Source: Lingula anatina (lineage: Eukaryota > Animalia > Brachiopoda). Taken from it: 64,000 nt of DNA. Both the position numbers and the translations under genes were made by a program. Positions within the stretch are counted from its first letter, which is position 1. Each line of letters begins with the position of its first letter. The stretch is taken from the NCBI GenBank assembly GCA_051362555.1, contig CM120643.1, forward strand, positions 29,392,848-29,456,847, in the 5' to 3' direction. This document shows positions 11,401 through 25,227 of this stretch, piece after piece. The notes under the pieces are model-generated. The model searched no databases, was not told where the DNA came from, and saw only the letters and a program-made list of their open reading frames with translations.

Positions 11401-13136
11401 CAAATTGACAGATATTTCATCAAGTAGCATACAAAAAAGAACTTTGCCCTGAAAATTGACCCAAACTTGTAGACCAAAATGATAGTCAGTTTTGACCCAG
11501 TATAAATTAACCCATGCTAACATTTGGTCTGTTTTATAATAAGAAAGACGCAGGTTATGTTTAAATATTCTACTCTGGATGTATGTTGTACTGAAGAAAA
11601 GAAGATTTTGGGTCTATCAGTTCAAACCAATTTTTATGTCTAAAGTCATTTTATGGAACAGTTAGAAGTGGGGCAGTGACCTGTGGAGCAGGTAGGTTAC
11701 TGGTAAGATGGTGTACTTGATAACCATCTATAACAGCAATAACAGCGATACATGACTTTATTGGGCCTGCTCCTATATTAGGGGAGGGTGATAAAAAACC
11801 TGTCCCTCATTTCTGAACTAGGTCATACAGATTACTTTGGTGTTTTTGAGACTGTAAATTCTTATAAAATAAGCTTTAAATTTTTAGAATAAAAAGTATT
11901 TTGAGCATGCTTTACATTTATTATTATCATTATTAAAATGTGAAGAATTTAAAAGAATGATTCAGTCAAAAGCTTGAGGCCTTTGAAGCTATAAACTTAA
12001 TGTGTGCTAGTATGCATGTATGTGTGTGCATGTGTATTTAGTTCTGATCATTTATGATAAAATTTTGTAGGTGTTTTGTCTGTGTTGTTCTTCTGTTAGT
12101 AATTGTTTACGAAACCTCTATTTCTGCTTTTTATGTCATTTTACTGAATTTTTTAAAAAAATCATTTACTAGTAACCATAGTTACAAAATTTTTTCTGAG
12201 TCCAAACTGAATTTTTAGATTGAGAATTGAGACCATCTCTTGATCGTGATCTCTTTGGTAAAAACCGTCCTTGTTTCATATTAGCCATTTATATCCAACT
12301 TTATAGATTTCCCATTTTTTTCCACATCATGATGCCAAACTTGATTCGAATCTAGACCACAGTGTTCAGTATCACATTGAAAATCAACCTTCTGTCGTGA
12401 GCAGTTCTTCAACCCTGGATCTAGTAGTGAATATATCTGATATATAGGGCTGGACAGTGGTTACGAAAGTAATCTGACCACCACCATATAGGACGGGATA
12501 TATCTTGATTACAAACTGACCACAGGTTGAGTTGCATGCTGGCTGTAGTTAACTGGGGTCCAGTGACTGGTGAAGACAGGGTCAAGATGCTTGGACTTTT
12601 TGAGTTGACATGTCCAAACTTGCTATTCGGGTATGGCCAGTTTGAGGTGGTTTGACAAAAGTGTTTTAATTTTAAGTTCAAGAAGCTTGATTTCGTTTCC
12701 CAACCTTTGCTATGCAAAAATTAATAAAACAGGTAGTAAACACTTCTATATTTAGTTTGTGATTGGAAGGTATGTTTTTAGTTATATATATATATATCTG
12801 TCTCCTGAAAATTTGTCTGTCTGTGCTTGTCTGAATGTATGTATATACATTGGTTATGTGTGTGTGTGTGTGATTGTAATTATAGAATTGTGCAAATTGT
12901 CATATACAGCAGATCAGTATTGCTATCGGTGGATGTTCCAATATCTGTGTGTTTGCTTGATAAATAAGTAAGCAGTTCTTGTTTTGAAGGTGAAGGGGGG
13001 GGGGGTCGTAATTTATGACAAGCAACTGTCTTTTCCGTGTATTACCACAATATACACTTTGAACATGTAGAGCTTAATGAGATTTGTTACGTAACAATAG
13101 AGGATGATGTCTTCAATTGTCTCCCATATGAACCTT

Positions 13137-13299
13137 TGTTATATCTGGTAGAAATGTCTGATACAATGTGTTATATCTGGTAGAAATGTCTGATACAATG
13201 TGTTATATCTGGTAGAAATGTCTGATACAATGTGTTATATCTGGTAGAAATGTCTGATACAATGTGTTATATCTGGTAGAAATGTCTGATACAATGTGT
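13137..13299. repeat. Perfect minisatellite, 5 x 32 bp (TGTTATATCTGGTAGAAATGTCTGATACAATG)
   Basis: Units at 13137, 13169, 13201, 13233 and 13265. Confidence 0.95.
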
Positions 13300-14495
13300 C
13301 ATGACAGGAAAGTTGATGTGCCAGGTAAAGTTAGTACTTAATAGATTGAAAGCAAACGAATTGTAGGTAAATAATAAATTTGATAAAAATAAGTAAACAA
13401 ACAAATTAATTAAGCGATAGATAAATAAATGAATACTTGTGAATAAATAAATCTTGAAAAGTAAGTTAAAGTAAGTGAGTAAATCTCTCAGGACTTTAAT
13501 GTGTTGGCAATGGCAGCAAACTCTGAAAAGAGGAGGTTGTAAATTTATTAAAATATACCACTGAGACAATGAAGAAAGTCGTTTCACTCTTTTCTGGAAA
13601 AACTACAGAAAAAAACATGGTGGGCGATAAGAGAACATCCTGTTTCATCCCCATTTGTGAATACTCGAACAAAAAAAAATGCAATAAATTTAAGGCCTAA
13701 CTTGGACCAAAACTACTCATTAAAGATGTCAGATTGTGGGAACACCTATTTTATCTTGAATTCCATACCTAACTGTATAAAGATGACATTTAGCCTGATT
13801 AATTCGGTCTAAGTTATACCTTGTGGGAACACATTCTTAGAATGCTTTTAAGCACACCATTAGCTGACTTATTACAAATTCAAGTAGCTAAGTCACCAGT
13901 TGAATATTTGTTTTTAAATTAAGACCTTTGGAGTTGAGATCTTTTGAAAAATAGTAGCCCTGAGGAAGTTGAGGTATCACAATTATAAATAATTTTCTAA
14001 TAAAGTAGCATTTAGTCCACACCCAATGAATGAGTATATTGATTCTTTATAGCTAAATTGTGAAATGTAACAACTTTGTATGCACAATGATGAATGTGTT
14101 TTTGTAATCATGACAATTGTTTTATCTTTCTTTATTTGTGCATTCTCAGGTGACACTTTTATGAATCATCTATTACTTGCAAATTTCCTGAATGAAATAT
14201 TTTTAAAATAAAATTGATAATAAATAAAGTTAATAAAGAGAAAATCAAATTACAAGAACAAAATGGTGGTAAGATACATGCTTACTGGTACAGTTATTTT
14301 TTGCTTACAAAATAAGCTGTCATCAAAGTAGGGCATTTTATTGTTAAGTACACACTACAGGTTCATCAAAATAGCATGTCCTTGTCACCTGACTGTTTAG
14401 CTGGGTGTTCAGACATAGACCGGTTTGTGTTCAAAATCTTTTGGCATTTGACCATTTGAATTTGTATGCCTAAATATATATGTTGTAATGTATAA

Positions 14496-14711
14496 GAGTG
14501 CATTCCCGGAGATTTAAATCGATCCATCCAGATCGACCTAACTCCCTGGGGGTTCACGCTAAATTGCAGTCAGCCGAGTGCACACTACAGTTAATTACCC
14601 CCTTACAGCTTTTAGTAGGTTGGGACAAATGCTTAAGCCGGCTAAGCTGACAGTAATCTAGTGTGACTCCCCACAGGGATAGATCGATCTAAAATCTGTG
14701 GGAATGGGGTC
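14496..14711. mobile_element. PIF/Harbinger-like MITE, family 1
   Basis: TAA target duplication and imperfect TIRs GAGTGCATTCCC / GGGAATGGGGTC. Homologous to 15068-15292 and 27617-27830. Confidence 0.8.
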
Positions 14712-15067
14712 TAAGATGTCAGTGTCTGAGGAGGATTGGGGATTGTCTATAGCCTGCACTGTACACAGATATGGCCCCTGTGGCCCACTAAAAATCTAAA
14801 GTCAGTTTTTTGTCTAAAATGTTGTTTGCTGAGATTCATACAAATAATTAAGAAGTTAGCATTCATCTTTTCATCTATCCAAAAGTTAAGCAGATGACCA
14901 GAAATTCTAGACTTCTAGCAAGCCCTCAAAATTCAGATTAGGTAGCTAAATATTTAGTTATGTCAAGAAACTTGTGTATGTGGGGAGGGGGGGGGGGGTG
15001 AATTTTTTTTTTTTTTGTTAGGGAGCTTTTTTGGGCCTTCATCAAAGCCTGTCTGAACACAATGAAA

Positions 15068-15292
15068 GGGCGAATTCCCAGAGATTTAGGTTGATCCAGG
15101 GATTAAGATTTAGATCGACCTAACTCCCTGGGGGTTCACGCTAAATTGCAGTCAGCCGAGCGCGCACCATAGTTAATTACCCCCTTACAGCTTTTAGTAG
15201 AGGGGACAGACGCTTAAGCCGGCCAAGCTGACAGTAATCTAGTGAGACTCCCCACAGGGATAGATCGATCTAAAATCTATGGAAATGGGGTC
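15068..15292. mobile_element. PIF/Harbinger-like MITE, family 1
   Basis: AAA on both flanks; same body as 14496-14711. Confidence 0.8.
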
Positions 15293-16850
15293 AAAGACTT
15301 AAGTGATGTAATTGGAAGTAATATATTATATCACTCTACATGTCCTATGTAATTATTGTTGCCGTTTAGCTGTGCAGGCATGTTCCAGGGGGATTTAGCA
15401 ATTATGTTTTATGTCTAACTTTAAGTAATAGATATTCAATTGCACTTTGCTCTGTCCCAGCAACTTTTAATATCTTGATTAATGAGAGAATGCCTGGAGG
15501 GTGTATTGCAATCAACTGTACATACCCACTTGTCAGAACTAAAACAGTTTTGGTTGAATTGGGTCTGTAGGCAGCCCTAATAGGAAGGACCAATAGGAAG
15601 GGAAATTCCCTCCCATGTTTGAGTATAAAAAGGTTATCAGTAGTTCTTTCTTGATGTATTGTTTGGTTTGAAATATATGCCAAGTGACATAGAATGAGTA
15701 TTTGGGTGGAGTAGACCTGACGGTTTGGGTGTTTTATTGTCCTGGGTTTGATTGTTAAGGATTGTAGAACAAATTTCACAGCAGCCTTTTCATTGCAGTT
15801 CAAATAACTTGGGGTGTTATTGTAGATACAACTGAATTTAGTCATCGTTGAGTGAAATTTTATCACTTCCATTATTATGCTTATTTGATGTCGTGACAAA
15901 GATATAAAAGTGATGACTGAGAGAACTTTAAAAGTTCCTTTGTAAATAATTTAAGAAATAAACTGTTATTTACGTTCTAATAAACTGTGGTGAAGATTGA
16001 GCAGATGAGTGGAGATTGGGCTGAAAAAGGATTCTATTGCTGATAGCACTGTGAGTCCTTGGTTGCCCTAGTAGTAGTAGGGTGGGGTAGGGGTGGAGTA
16101 CCATATGTCAGATATATGCAGAGGACATGCTCTGGTAGATTATTACTGACACACCAACCCTCAAGCTATCAAAACTGCTTAAAACTGAAATCTTTGGATT
16201 GACTTGTCAGAAACCCCAATTGTTTCAAAGGCATCATTCTCCATTTCATTATAAACATTTTATATTTACAATAAAAAGTGACCAAACATACATACGCATG
16301 TATCTTATTGTTGACTCACCTCTAAAAGCAAATGTTATTATTGCTCTTTGTCTGGAAACTAACTTGGACTAAATACAAGGCCCAGGGGGTCTTTACTTGA
16401 TAGCCTTCCTATTAATGATCTCAATTATTACCCAATAAGTGACCAGGGGGCTTAACTAACTGACCTTTTCTATTGATTAGTCTAGACTGGGTGATTTCCT
16501 CTTATATAACTTACGTTGTCATATTTCTGATTATTCAGTTTTATGTAATTTATTTTGCTGTATTTCTGATGTTTCAATTTGGTCAGGATTAGAGTCTTGA
16601 TTAGTGTTATTAAACATGTAGGTTTAGATCCGTAAGATTTTTGCGTAGTCTGTATTTTGGGCAGTTATGGATGGCTTTTATTGAAAATATTGAAAAGATA
16701 ATGAAACCAGACTTTATCACAGAGTTATATCTGATTTAGATGATTAAAGACCATTTTCATAAAAGAACTGAAGTCAGTTTTAGTCGAGATAGACTTTAAC
16801 TCTAAAATTTTTTACTGTTTTTGTACTGAATCCAGAGTAAGACAGACATA

Positions 16851-17144
16851 GGGGCCATTCAGAGTGAGAAAAGCTGACTGCTAACTGTTCCACGGCCTTA
16901 ATATGGTGGACCTACATGAAAGGAAGACCGCTTAATCCTGTAATGGTCTCTCTGCCTCTTACATGCCTCCGCACATGTCGTCTCTGCACCGGTTGATTTG
17001 AGCCAAGATTTAATTACTGTGCCCCTGCATGTCGAGGCGTGAAAGAAACGGAGAGACCATTAAGCGGTCTTCCTTTCATATTTGTCCGCCATATTTAGGC
17101 CATGGACCAGCTAGCACTCAGCTCTTCTCATTCTTAATGGCCCC
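16851..17144. mobile_element. Foldback MITE (Harbinger-like)
   Basis: GGGGCCATT...AATGGCCCC termini, imperfect inverted arms of about 100 bp or more, and a 3-bp ATA target duplication. Confidence 0.8.
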
Positions 17145-18207
17145 ATAGTCTTCTTAGGTTAGGATATTTGGCCTAATTTCTATGGCTAATCTTAGATGAA
17201 ATACTAGTAACACCAGTTGTCTCTTAATTGTAATATGAACCACTATAAATCTATAGTGGATCAGATAGACACCAGTTTAGGTTATAAACCTAAGGCCAAC
17301 TTATAAGTTTTATCATGAGACTTGGTGAAGTGCATTTATTTTGCCTAGATCATGCAAACCTTAGTGTTAAAAGGTCGCAGGTAACATTAGAGGAGTACTA
17401 TCCAGCTTCTAGAATTAACTCAAATCTTTACCTGTATTATATTATGGTGTGTCTGTTGAATATATGTTTATAAAATTACTCATGGGTTCTTTAGCTGTGT
17501 AATTATGCAGAGATGAGGAAAAACTTTAAAGTTCTAGATTTTCAGTATTTTCCTGATTGCTTTACTAACTAGTATACGTGTGTGTTCGCATGTGTTTTTG
17601 AGTGCGTGAATCAGTGCGTGCATATGTGCATGTTTCCAGTTCATGTATTGATAGGAGCTAGGAACTTACTTTCCATTCGTGGCAAAAAATGGCATCTGGC
17701 ATGTTTCTTTTATTTTATTTATTGAGATACTTTGTACAAAGTCCAAGTGGGCGATCTTAGAGATTTTTCTACTAGAAAATTGGCAGCAGCATTGAAACTG
17801 TTTTAAGAGTTGGCATGGAAGTTGTCTGCAGATAAGACCTTAAAAAATTGTAGAACTTCACATAAGGTTCAAGTGGTGGTATCTATGAAATTGAAGATTA
17901 TATATGAAATGGGGCAAATGCATGGTTTTAAAGCTTTTTTTTTACAACCCTTTTTTACAGAAAATTTCCCAAGTGTCTTAGAATATGTTCATGCAGAGGT
18001 TTAACTTAATTTGTTTTAATCAATCTGTCCTAATAAGTATTAAGTTTGAGATCCTTACGTATCCTGCACAAAAGGTTTTAACTGTATAAGTACAGTAGGT
18101 GTCCCTACAAAATTTTGTTTTGCGCTGGCTTTAGCGAGTCTAGTTTAGATCTAAGTTACCTCTGATGTGATTGCTGCCCTGCAGACGTTCAAATTCCTCG
18201 CATTTAA

Positions 18208-19140
18208 GGTAGATCGGTCGTTACGTAATTTGACGATTTGCGCAATTTCAGCGCATCGTCAATCGTCTCTAACGACACTTCAGTCTGTTTTATCAATTTG
18301 GGGAAATAAAACAATTATCTATAAGATAAACACACATAATCAACTTGTATGTAACTCTGTATGATCGATACAGATTTTCGACAACGTTTGTCGACTATGA
18401 TTCCATACGACAACTGTAGCACGTTCATAGACATGCCCTTCAAGAAATCGTCGGAATACTGTAGCTCCTTTTCCAATTTGAATTGCCACTAGAAAATGTA
18501 TGACAGCTAAAGCTCACAAATTATGCACGTAGGTGCTGTATCATGTAAAGAATAAGTGTTGTAAATTCCAATCAAAGCGGCTGCGTAAATTTTGAGGTAG
18601 AATGCCTTGAATGTGCTGCATACCGTAGCTTAGATTTCAACGAAAACCGGAAGTGCGTCGTAACGCCATTCATCACTGGCCATTCATTTTGACTGAGAAA
18701 TATTTCGTAGCTTATACAAATGTTCAGAAAATGGCCATACAGCTTGAAAAAAAATTCACTAATCACAATTAAAACTGCGTTATATTATACAGAAAAATTG
18801 TGCACTTCTGACCTTGACTTGTCAGTGTAAACAAAGTGTACTGAACGCACCGCAAGCAAGCACGTGAATGCCGCATTTGATACTTTGTATCAGACGCTTC
18901 ATTTTACTTGACAACGCAGTGTTTACGATGTCACGTTCATGTTATATTCATTAATATAAAACAACGACAATTAACTATTTTCATATACATGAGTATTTCC
19001 CTTATTACTCTCTTCAATAATTTTTTGTAAAGTAAATGGCTTAGGCCTACACCTCATCAGTATGATAAATCTGAAAATAGCTGAGTATACTCACTTCAAC
19101 TGTTAAACATAATGAAAGTTTTAAATGTACTTAGATGTCT

Positions 19141-19200
<60 letters not shown>

Positions 19201-19633
19201 TCATAAAAAATAACGATTTCGTGAAAAACACCCATTTTCCCATTGATTTGAATGGGGACTTCCGACTAGTGCGTCACGCAGGGTGTAACGCACTTCAACT
19301 TGGCGTAGTTCTCTTATTTGGTCGGTGACCCCCAATTTTTTTGGTAAAATATATATGTACTTGGAGGCCTCTTTACACAAGAAAATTTTTAGAAAAATTC
19401 GAACGTCAGAAAGTCATAAAAAATAATGCTTTAGTGAAAAAACACCCATTTTCCCATTGATTTGAATGGGGACTAGTGCGATATGCAGGGTGTATCATAT
19501 TTGGGGCTAGTTCTCTTATTTGGTCGGTGACCCCCAATTTTTTTTGCAAATTTTTAATGTACTTGGGTGTCTCTTCAAACAAAAAAAAATTTAAAAAAAT
19601 TCGAACGTTGGAACATGTAACGACCGATCTACC
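18208..19633. mobile_element. Non-autonomous Kolobok-like DNA transposon
   Basis: Perfect 17-bp TIR GGTAGATCGGTCGTTAC, TTAA target duplication and RR termini. Contains a (CA)n run and a direct duplication in the right part. A lone related terminus lies at 60839-60859. Confidence 0.8.
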
Positions 19634-20246
19634 TTAATTGGATATTTTATCGTAAATATTCACATGTGGACCTCAAGCAGGATGTTCTATTATCGCCCAC
19701 TTAGTTTTCTAATGTAGTTTTTCCAGATAAAGTGAATAAGAAAAAAACTTCATTTTTGTCTCCTGGTGGTAGTTTCCAGAGTGGTTGACTGGTATTCAAG
19801 ATGTCTGCCAGTACACATGTTCCTGACTCCTGCTGCCTGTTCACATTTCAGGAACTATTTAGAAAAAAATGAAAAAGAGAATTATTAATTTAGGCTCATG
19901 AAAGATATAAGACCATGGTACATATTCAGACTGGATTATTTTAAAGTGTGCAATAGTTGCTCTCAAAATGGTGGTGGCTGAAAATGAGAAATTGTGAAGC
20001 TTTCAGAGACTTGATTTAGAAACAAAAGGATGGTTATAGAAATAGGGCTTTTAGGTATTCAAAGAAAGGAATGAAAATGAAATGAATACTGTTCATTCAA
20101 AATGATGGTCCCTGTGAAGGTACTCTTATAGATCAGCTTTACGCAGAAATGTGGTAGGGGATTATATCAGCATCAAGGTAATAATGGTACAAAACAGATG
20201 GTCACTCTGGTACATTGCTGGTACTTCATGAATGCATTATGAAATA

Positions 20247-20415
20247 CAGGGGCGGATCCAGAGATATTTTCTGACAGTCGTCCACATTATCTTCGTTGTT
20301 CCATCCTCCATTTTTTGGCCGTCTTCCAACAGAAAAAATTAGGTACTCATCAATGTAAACTTAGAAATTTGACCGTCTTTTGGAAGACCCAGAAGACAGC
20401 CTCAATCTGCCCCTG
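20247..20415. mobile_element. Short MITE with CAGGGGCGGAT termini
   Basis: CAGGGGCGGAT / ATCTGCCCCTG flanked by AAATA on both sides. Confidence 0.6.
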
Positions 20416-20469
20416 AAATACTGCTGGTACTAGCTAGGCACATTGAGAGTGAACTAAAATGTGGTCTAA

Positions 20470-20726
20470 GGGACCATTCCCAGATCCTATCGTACTAACT
20501 ATGGATCAATCTATCTCCGAAGGGATTCTCACTAAATTGCAATCAACTTAAGCTGCTTTGATGACCGCCACGTCTACTGAAGCAGCTAGGGTGTAATTAA
20601 TTATAGTTTAGCAGCTTCATTTGGCGTGCCAGACATCTAAGCTGCTTTAGCTAAAAGCAATTTACTGATAGACACTTTACAGATGGATCGATCCTGTTAG
20701 ATCGATCTAGGTATGGGAACCCAGTC
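20470..20726. mobile_element. PIF/Harbinger-like MITE, family 2 (related to family 1)
   Basis: TAA target duplication and GGGACCATTCCC...GGGAACCCAGTC termini. Homologous to 24970-25227 and 36870-37118. Confidence 0.75.
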
Positions 20727-20766
20727 TAAAAGTCAAGACAAATTTTAGGGCTGAGGCTCTTTTGTG

Positions 20767-21435
20767 CACCCTGAGCTTCAGAGATAACTTGCCACTAACC
20801 TCTTCACTATAGCCTATCTTCATCGTGTCAAGTTACCTCTGACGAAAATAGTTTGACCTAGTTTATATAAGCCAATCGAATCCATGTTTCAAAATTTTTC
20901 ACCAAAGTTTGGTGAAAACGCTGATTGGTTGACCGTCAATCGGCAATCCTCGGCTGATTCCGCAAGCTCCATACTAACAACAAAGTTATTGTCGAGTGCG
21001 GAGACATCCGAGTAGTTCCGAGTGCATAACCGAACACAAAGAAAGCATGGCGTCTCATACGAGTGACTACGTAAAATAATGTGTTAAGTTATCTCTTGAT
21101 TCTTTGCAAAATATGAGTATATCGGAATTGAAACCAGAGCAGTTTGAGGCCCTGCATCATTATCTACTGAGGGATGATGTATTTTGCGTGCTGCCCACAG
21201 GTTACGGCAAGTCCCTGATATTCAGCCTTATCTTTGATTGGTCCGGATTTGAACAAAGCGCGCTTTGACTCGTTCGCGTTCATTGGCTAGATCGTTCAAT
21301 GAGTCATTGAGTGCAGGCTTTAAATTTGATTGGCGGGCGGCGGAGGCTATCGAATGTGGTCAGAGGTAACTTGACACGATGAAGATAGGCTATAGTGAAG
21401 AGGTTAGTGGCAAGTTATCTCTGAAGCTCAGGGTG
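20767..21435 (+). mobile_element. Non-autonomous TIR element carrying a RecQ-helicase N-terminal fragment (AcademH-like)
   Basis: Perfect 77-bp TIRs and 8-bp target duplication CTTTTGTG. 21113-21223 translates to MSISELKPEQFEALHHYLLRDDVFCVLPTGYGKSLIF (RecQ motif 0 and Walker A). Confidence 0.85.
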
Positions 21436-22617
21436 CTTTTGTGAAACAAGCCTTAGTTAGTTTTGGTGCTTAGGTGAGACTTGATTAAAAAATTCTACAG
21501 GTTAACAACAAAAGTTACATGGGAAAATCAGGCACATTTCTCTTTGGATGAACGGTTTATGAAGATCACTTCTGATACTGTGAGACGCAGGGTGATTACT
21601 GATACTATGAGATGCAGGGTGATGTTTCCAGAGCATCCAGACTCTCACCTGGTGATGAGAGACACCTCTTTTACCTGACTCGGGTGCCATGTGTACCTGT
21701 TCAAATCCTCACCTGGAGTGAACTTTGCTCATATTAAGATGATGGAGGAGATTAATTTACTGTTGTGGGTTTTTGGAAGCAACTCAGATGGTTGTAGAGG
21801 CATGTTGTGGAAAGCAGGAGGAGGCCTGGTATTTTAAACCACAAGTTTCAGGCACAGAATATGTGGATGAGATTTTCCTTCTTTGGAAAAATTTTTGTCC
21901 TTTTATTGTGTAAAAGAGAGTTGAGAACATTGCTGGGTTTTATATGAAAAGATTAAAAAATTGGAAAAATTTGGGGAAAGGGGAAAGTTTCCTGCCTTTT
22001 CTCTGCTTTACCTGATACCAATAAACCATGAATACAAGGCTGTGTCAGTCAATTTACATATCAAGGATCTGCCAGTCATCTGCTAATTGCCTCAATTAAC
22101 AAGGCATGTCAAATTGGCCAACCATTAAGAAGTACTCAGTACATGTCCCTGTCAAGAGATCATAGCAGTTATTGGTGGGCTAGACTGAAGATTTCATTGT
22201 ACAAAGTTGTCTGGTTTTGCAATACAATAATGGGACTAGTAGAGTGTTTGAGTTACGAGTCAGAACGTAGGACGTAGACAGACCTAATACATGCATGCAC
22301 ACACATGCACGCATATATATGAAAGTGCTCCCACACATGCACAGACGAAGAGATTGTCACAAGTTTTTGCCTCTGTAACTTCAGTTAAAAAGTAATAATG
22401 ATGATTGTAGATAAAAGGCATCATCTCAAGTGCGTGTGTTTTATACTAGATAATAATAATCTGCAGAAACAAGTTGAGATGTAATCTTGTGTCATGGCAG
22501 CCTATTTAGTGGTCTTGGTAGTACTGACACTATAGCTATACCCAGCTTGCTCAACTGGTGGGATAAATCAGTCTATCTGGGTAACACACACACACACACA
22601 CACATGCAGTGAGAGAG

Positions 22618-22662
<45 letters not shown>

Positions 22663-23727
22663 GCAGAGAGAGAGAGAGAGAGACACTATATATCCTACTT
22701 GTTAAAGCCCACAGGTGGGTGTAGATAGTTGTATGCTGTACAGGTGATATGTTGTCTACCTGTCTAATGAGGTGTACTAACGTGGGGAGGAAAGCGTTGT
22801 AATGTCATACCTGACATTATAGTTCATCCGTCATGGCAGGTGTGCAGTGAAGAGTAGCAATAGGGCAGGCAGTTATTTATGCAATGGTAGTCACCTGTTT
22901 GCTGTTATATATTTGTTTACAATATAGTTTCTTATGTTTGGTCTCTCTCTCTCTCTCTCTCTCTCATGCACATACACACACATGGACACGTACATGAGTT
23001 GAACTCCCTCTCTGTTTCTACATTTCTACTGTTTGCTTGAATGTCTTCCCCCAAGACCAACTCTCTGATTACACAAGCAGACTAATTTTTATCAGCTAGC
23101 CTTGACATTTTTCCTGAGCTATTTTTTGTTACTAAGGGGTGTGTAAATGATATTCACAACTATCTATACAACACATAACCATAGGGCTTAGATAACATCA
23201 TATGAACATGTTTAAATATAAAGTAGCCCATAATAGTATAACGTGCAGCATTTGCAATTCTTGTTTATGCACAGACAAATTAGTGAGTTGAGTCTTGCAT
23301 GAATTATAGATGTATACAAAAATAAAATGTTTTTCAAAGAAAAGTTGAATTGCTTTAGAGATGTTGATTATTTTCCCATTTACAGTATCATGCATTTCAT
23401 GTCCCAGTGACTTTTGAAGTTTTAGATATGACTATAAAAATATTTAAATTTGGTATATAGTGGATTCAACGAGTATACATTCCAGTACATTTTACCATAA
23501 TATTATGCAATAGCATGCAATACTAAAAAAACAACAACAACAACAAAATACTTTGAAATTAACTTTTGTAGTAAATCAGAATACTTCATTCCAACCAGTC
23601 ATAAAATGCAACGTTTCCCATCCCCTTATGTTTTCTTTTATCATTAAGTAACATAGATTAGTCTACAGTTGCTCATTTCATTGTCATCATCATCTGAGGT
23701 TATGCTCTGTTATGTTCCTATTTCCAG

Positions 23728-23823
23728 GGCTCAAGTGTCCAATTTGTTCCAAGCTGGTATTGCCTGATGATATAGAGTGTCATCTAGTCATGTGTTTAAC
23801 ACGACCAAGAATTAGTTATAATG
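23728..23823 (+). CDS. ZNRF2: ZNRF1/2-like, exon 2 (UBZ-type zinc finger)
   Basis: tttccag acceptor and GTAAGT donor; encodes (G)LKCPICSKLVLPDDIECHLVMCLTRPRISYN. Confidence 0.96.
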
Positions 23824-24969
23824 GTAAGTAGTTGTTTGAACAAAATAAAAAAAAAAATTAAAAAGAAAAGACATGGTTTCACCTGTTTCTGGAAATTGAG
23901 AATTTATAAAGGTTAGTGAATCTGTTTCTAAAAGGTTTGAGATCAGCCATCACACTGATACTTTTATGTCTGGTTTTTTTACTTCAGGAAAAAGATAGGT
24001 GCCAGAACCCCCTCTTCCGCCTCCCCTCCCCCCCCCCCCCCCCCAAACATGAGCTTTTTTCACAGAACCAATGAATTTCAAAATTTTTTTAAATTCCCAG
24101 GGGCCTCAGTATTTGATCTCCTGTAAAATGTTTAAAGATTGTATTGCCACACCCAGGCTCCTGTCTGATCCTCCCCTCCCCCCTCCCCCCTCTCTCCTGC
24201 CATTGTTCATAATGATATTGAAGTGAGATTACTAAAATTAGAATATGCATCATAAGATTAGATAATTGATGGCAATGATTTTTGGTGCGGGTCAATTATC
24301 ATAGCTGAGGGTTAATAATTTATCAAGATGACCTAATCTAAAGTCAGTACTGTAATTGCTTATATTATTATATTATCATCACTATTATTATAAAATTGAA
24401 TAACTAGAAGAAGAATTTGTAATGTATACTAGTATGTGACAAACGATATTTTGCAGCTGTTGGCAGGGAGTCAGGTCGTTTGGTTAGACACATTGATTTT
24501 AACTCCATCATGAAGATTACTTCTGTCATTGAGACAATCATTAGTATCATGTTCAAAAATGATGTACAGAAAATTACAGTGAATAACATTTATTGCTGCT
24601 CTTTTGTGTAATCATCTAGAGAAAGATGAGTCAAAATATTTCTTTGACAGGCTGAAAAAATCATGTTTGACTTGTAGTAATGGATGAGGGAAATTCCTTC
24701 AGAGACCTTGGCTTCACATATGCCATATTTCTGTCTTTTTCCATCTCTAGGCTCTCTCGGTTCAGAGAATAGATTTTTATTCACTTTGTCTCATTCAAAT
24801 CATCAGTTATCAGATTAAAATTTTGAAGACAAATTATATGATTGGTTGTAAAATTGTTGAATTAGAAATCTAATTTTAAGACACTGGAAAACATAATCTA
24901 ATTCAGCGATCATGGAAAACAAATTGAGGTCTTCAGCAAAGCCACTTTACAGTAGCCAAATCAGTCTAA

Positions 24970-25227
24970 GAAGACCATTCCCAGACCCTATCATGCTAAC
25001 TTTGGATCAAACTATCTCCAGGGGGATTCTCACTTAATTGCAATTAACTTTGGCGGCTTAGATGTCTGTCACGCCTACTGAAGCTGATAGGGGGTAATTA
25101 ACTATCGTTTAGCAGCTTTAGAGGGCGTGCCAGACATCTAAGCCACTTAAGCTGAAAGCAATTTAGTGAGAAACCCCGTGGAGATGGATCGATCCTGTTA
25201 GATTGTTCTAGGAATGACAACCCAGTC
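24970..25227. mobile_element. PIF/Harbinger-like MITE, family 2
   Basis: Collinear homology with 20470-20726. Confidence 0.7.

Noticed and set aside
15402-15899. 165-aa - strand ORF in ZNRF intron 1
   Set aside because: Non-ATG start, no recognisable motif and AT-rich intronic composition.
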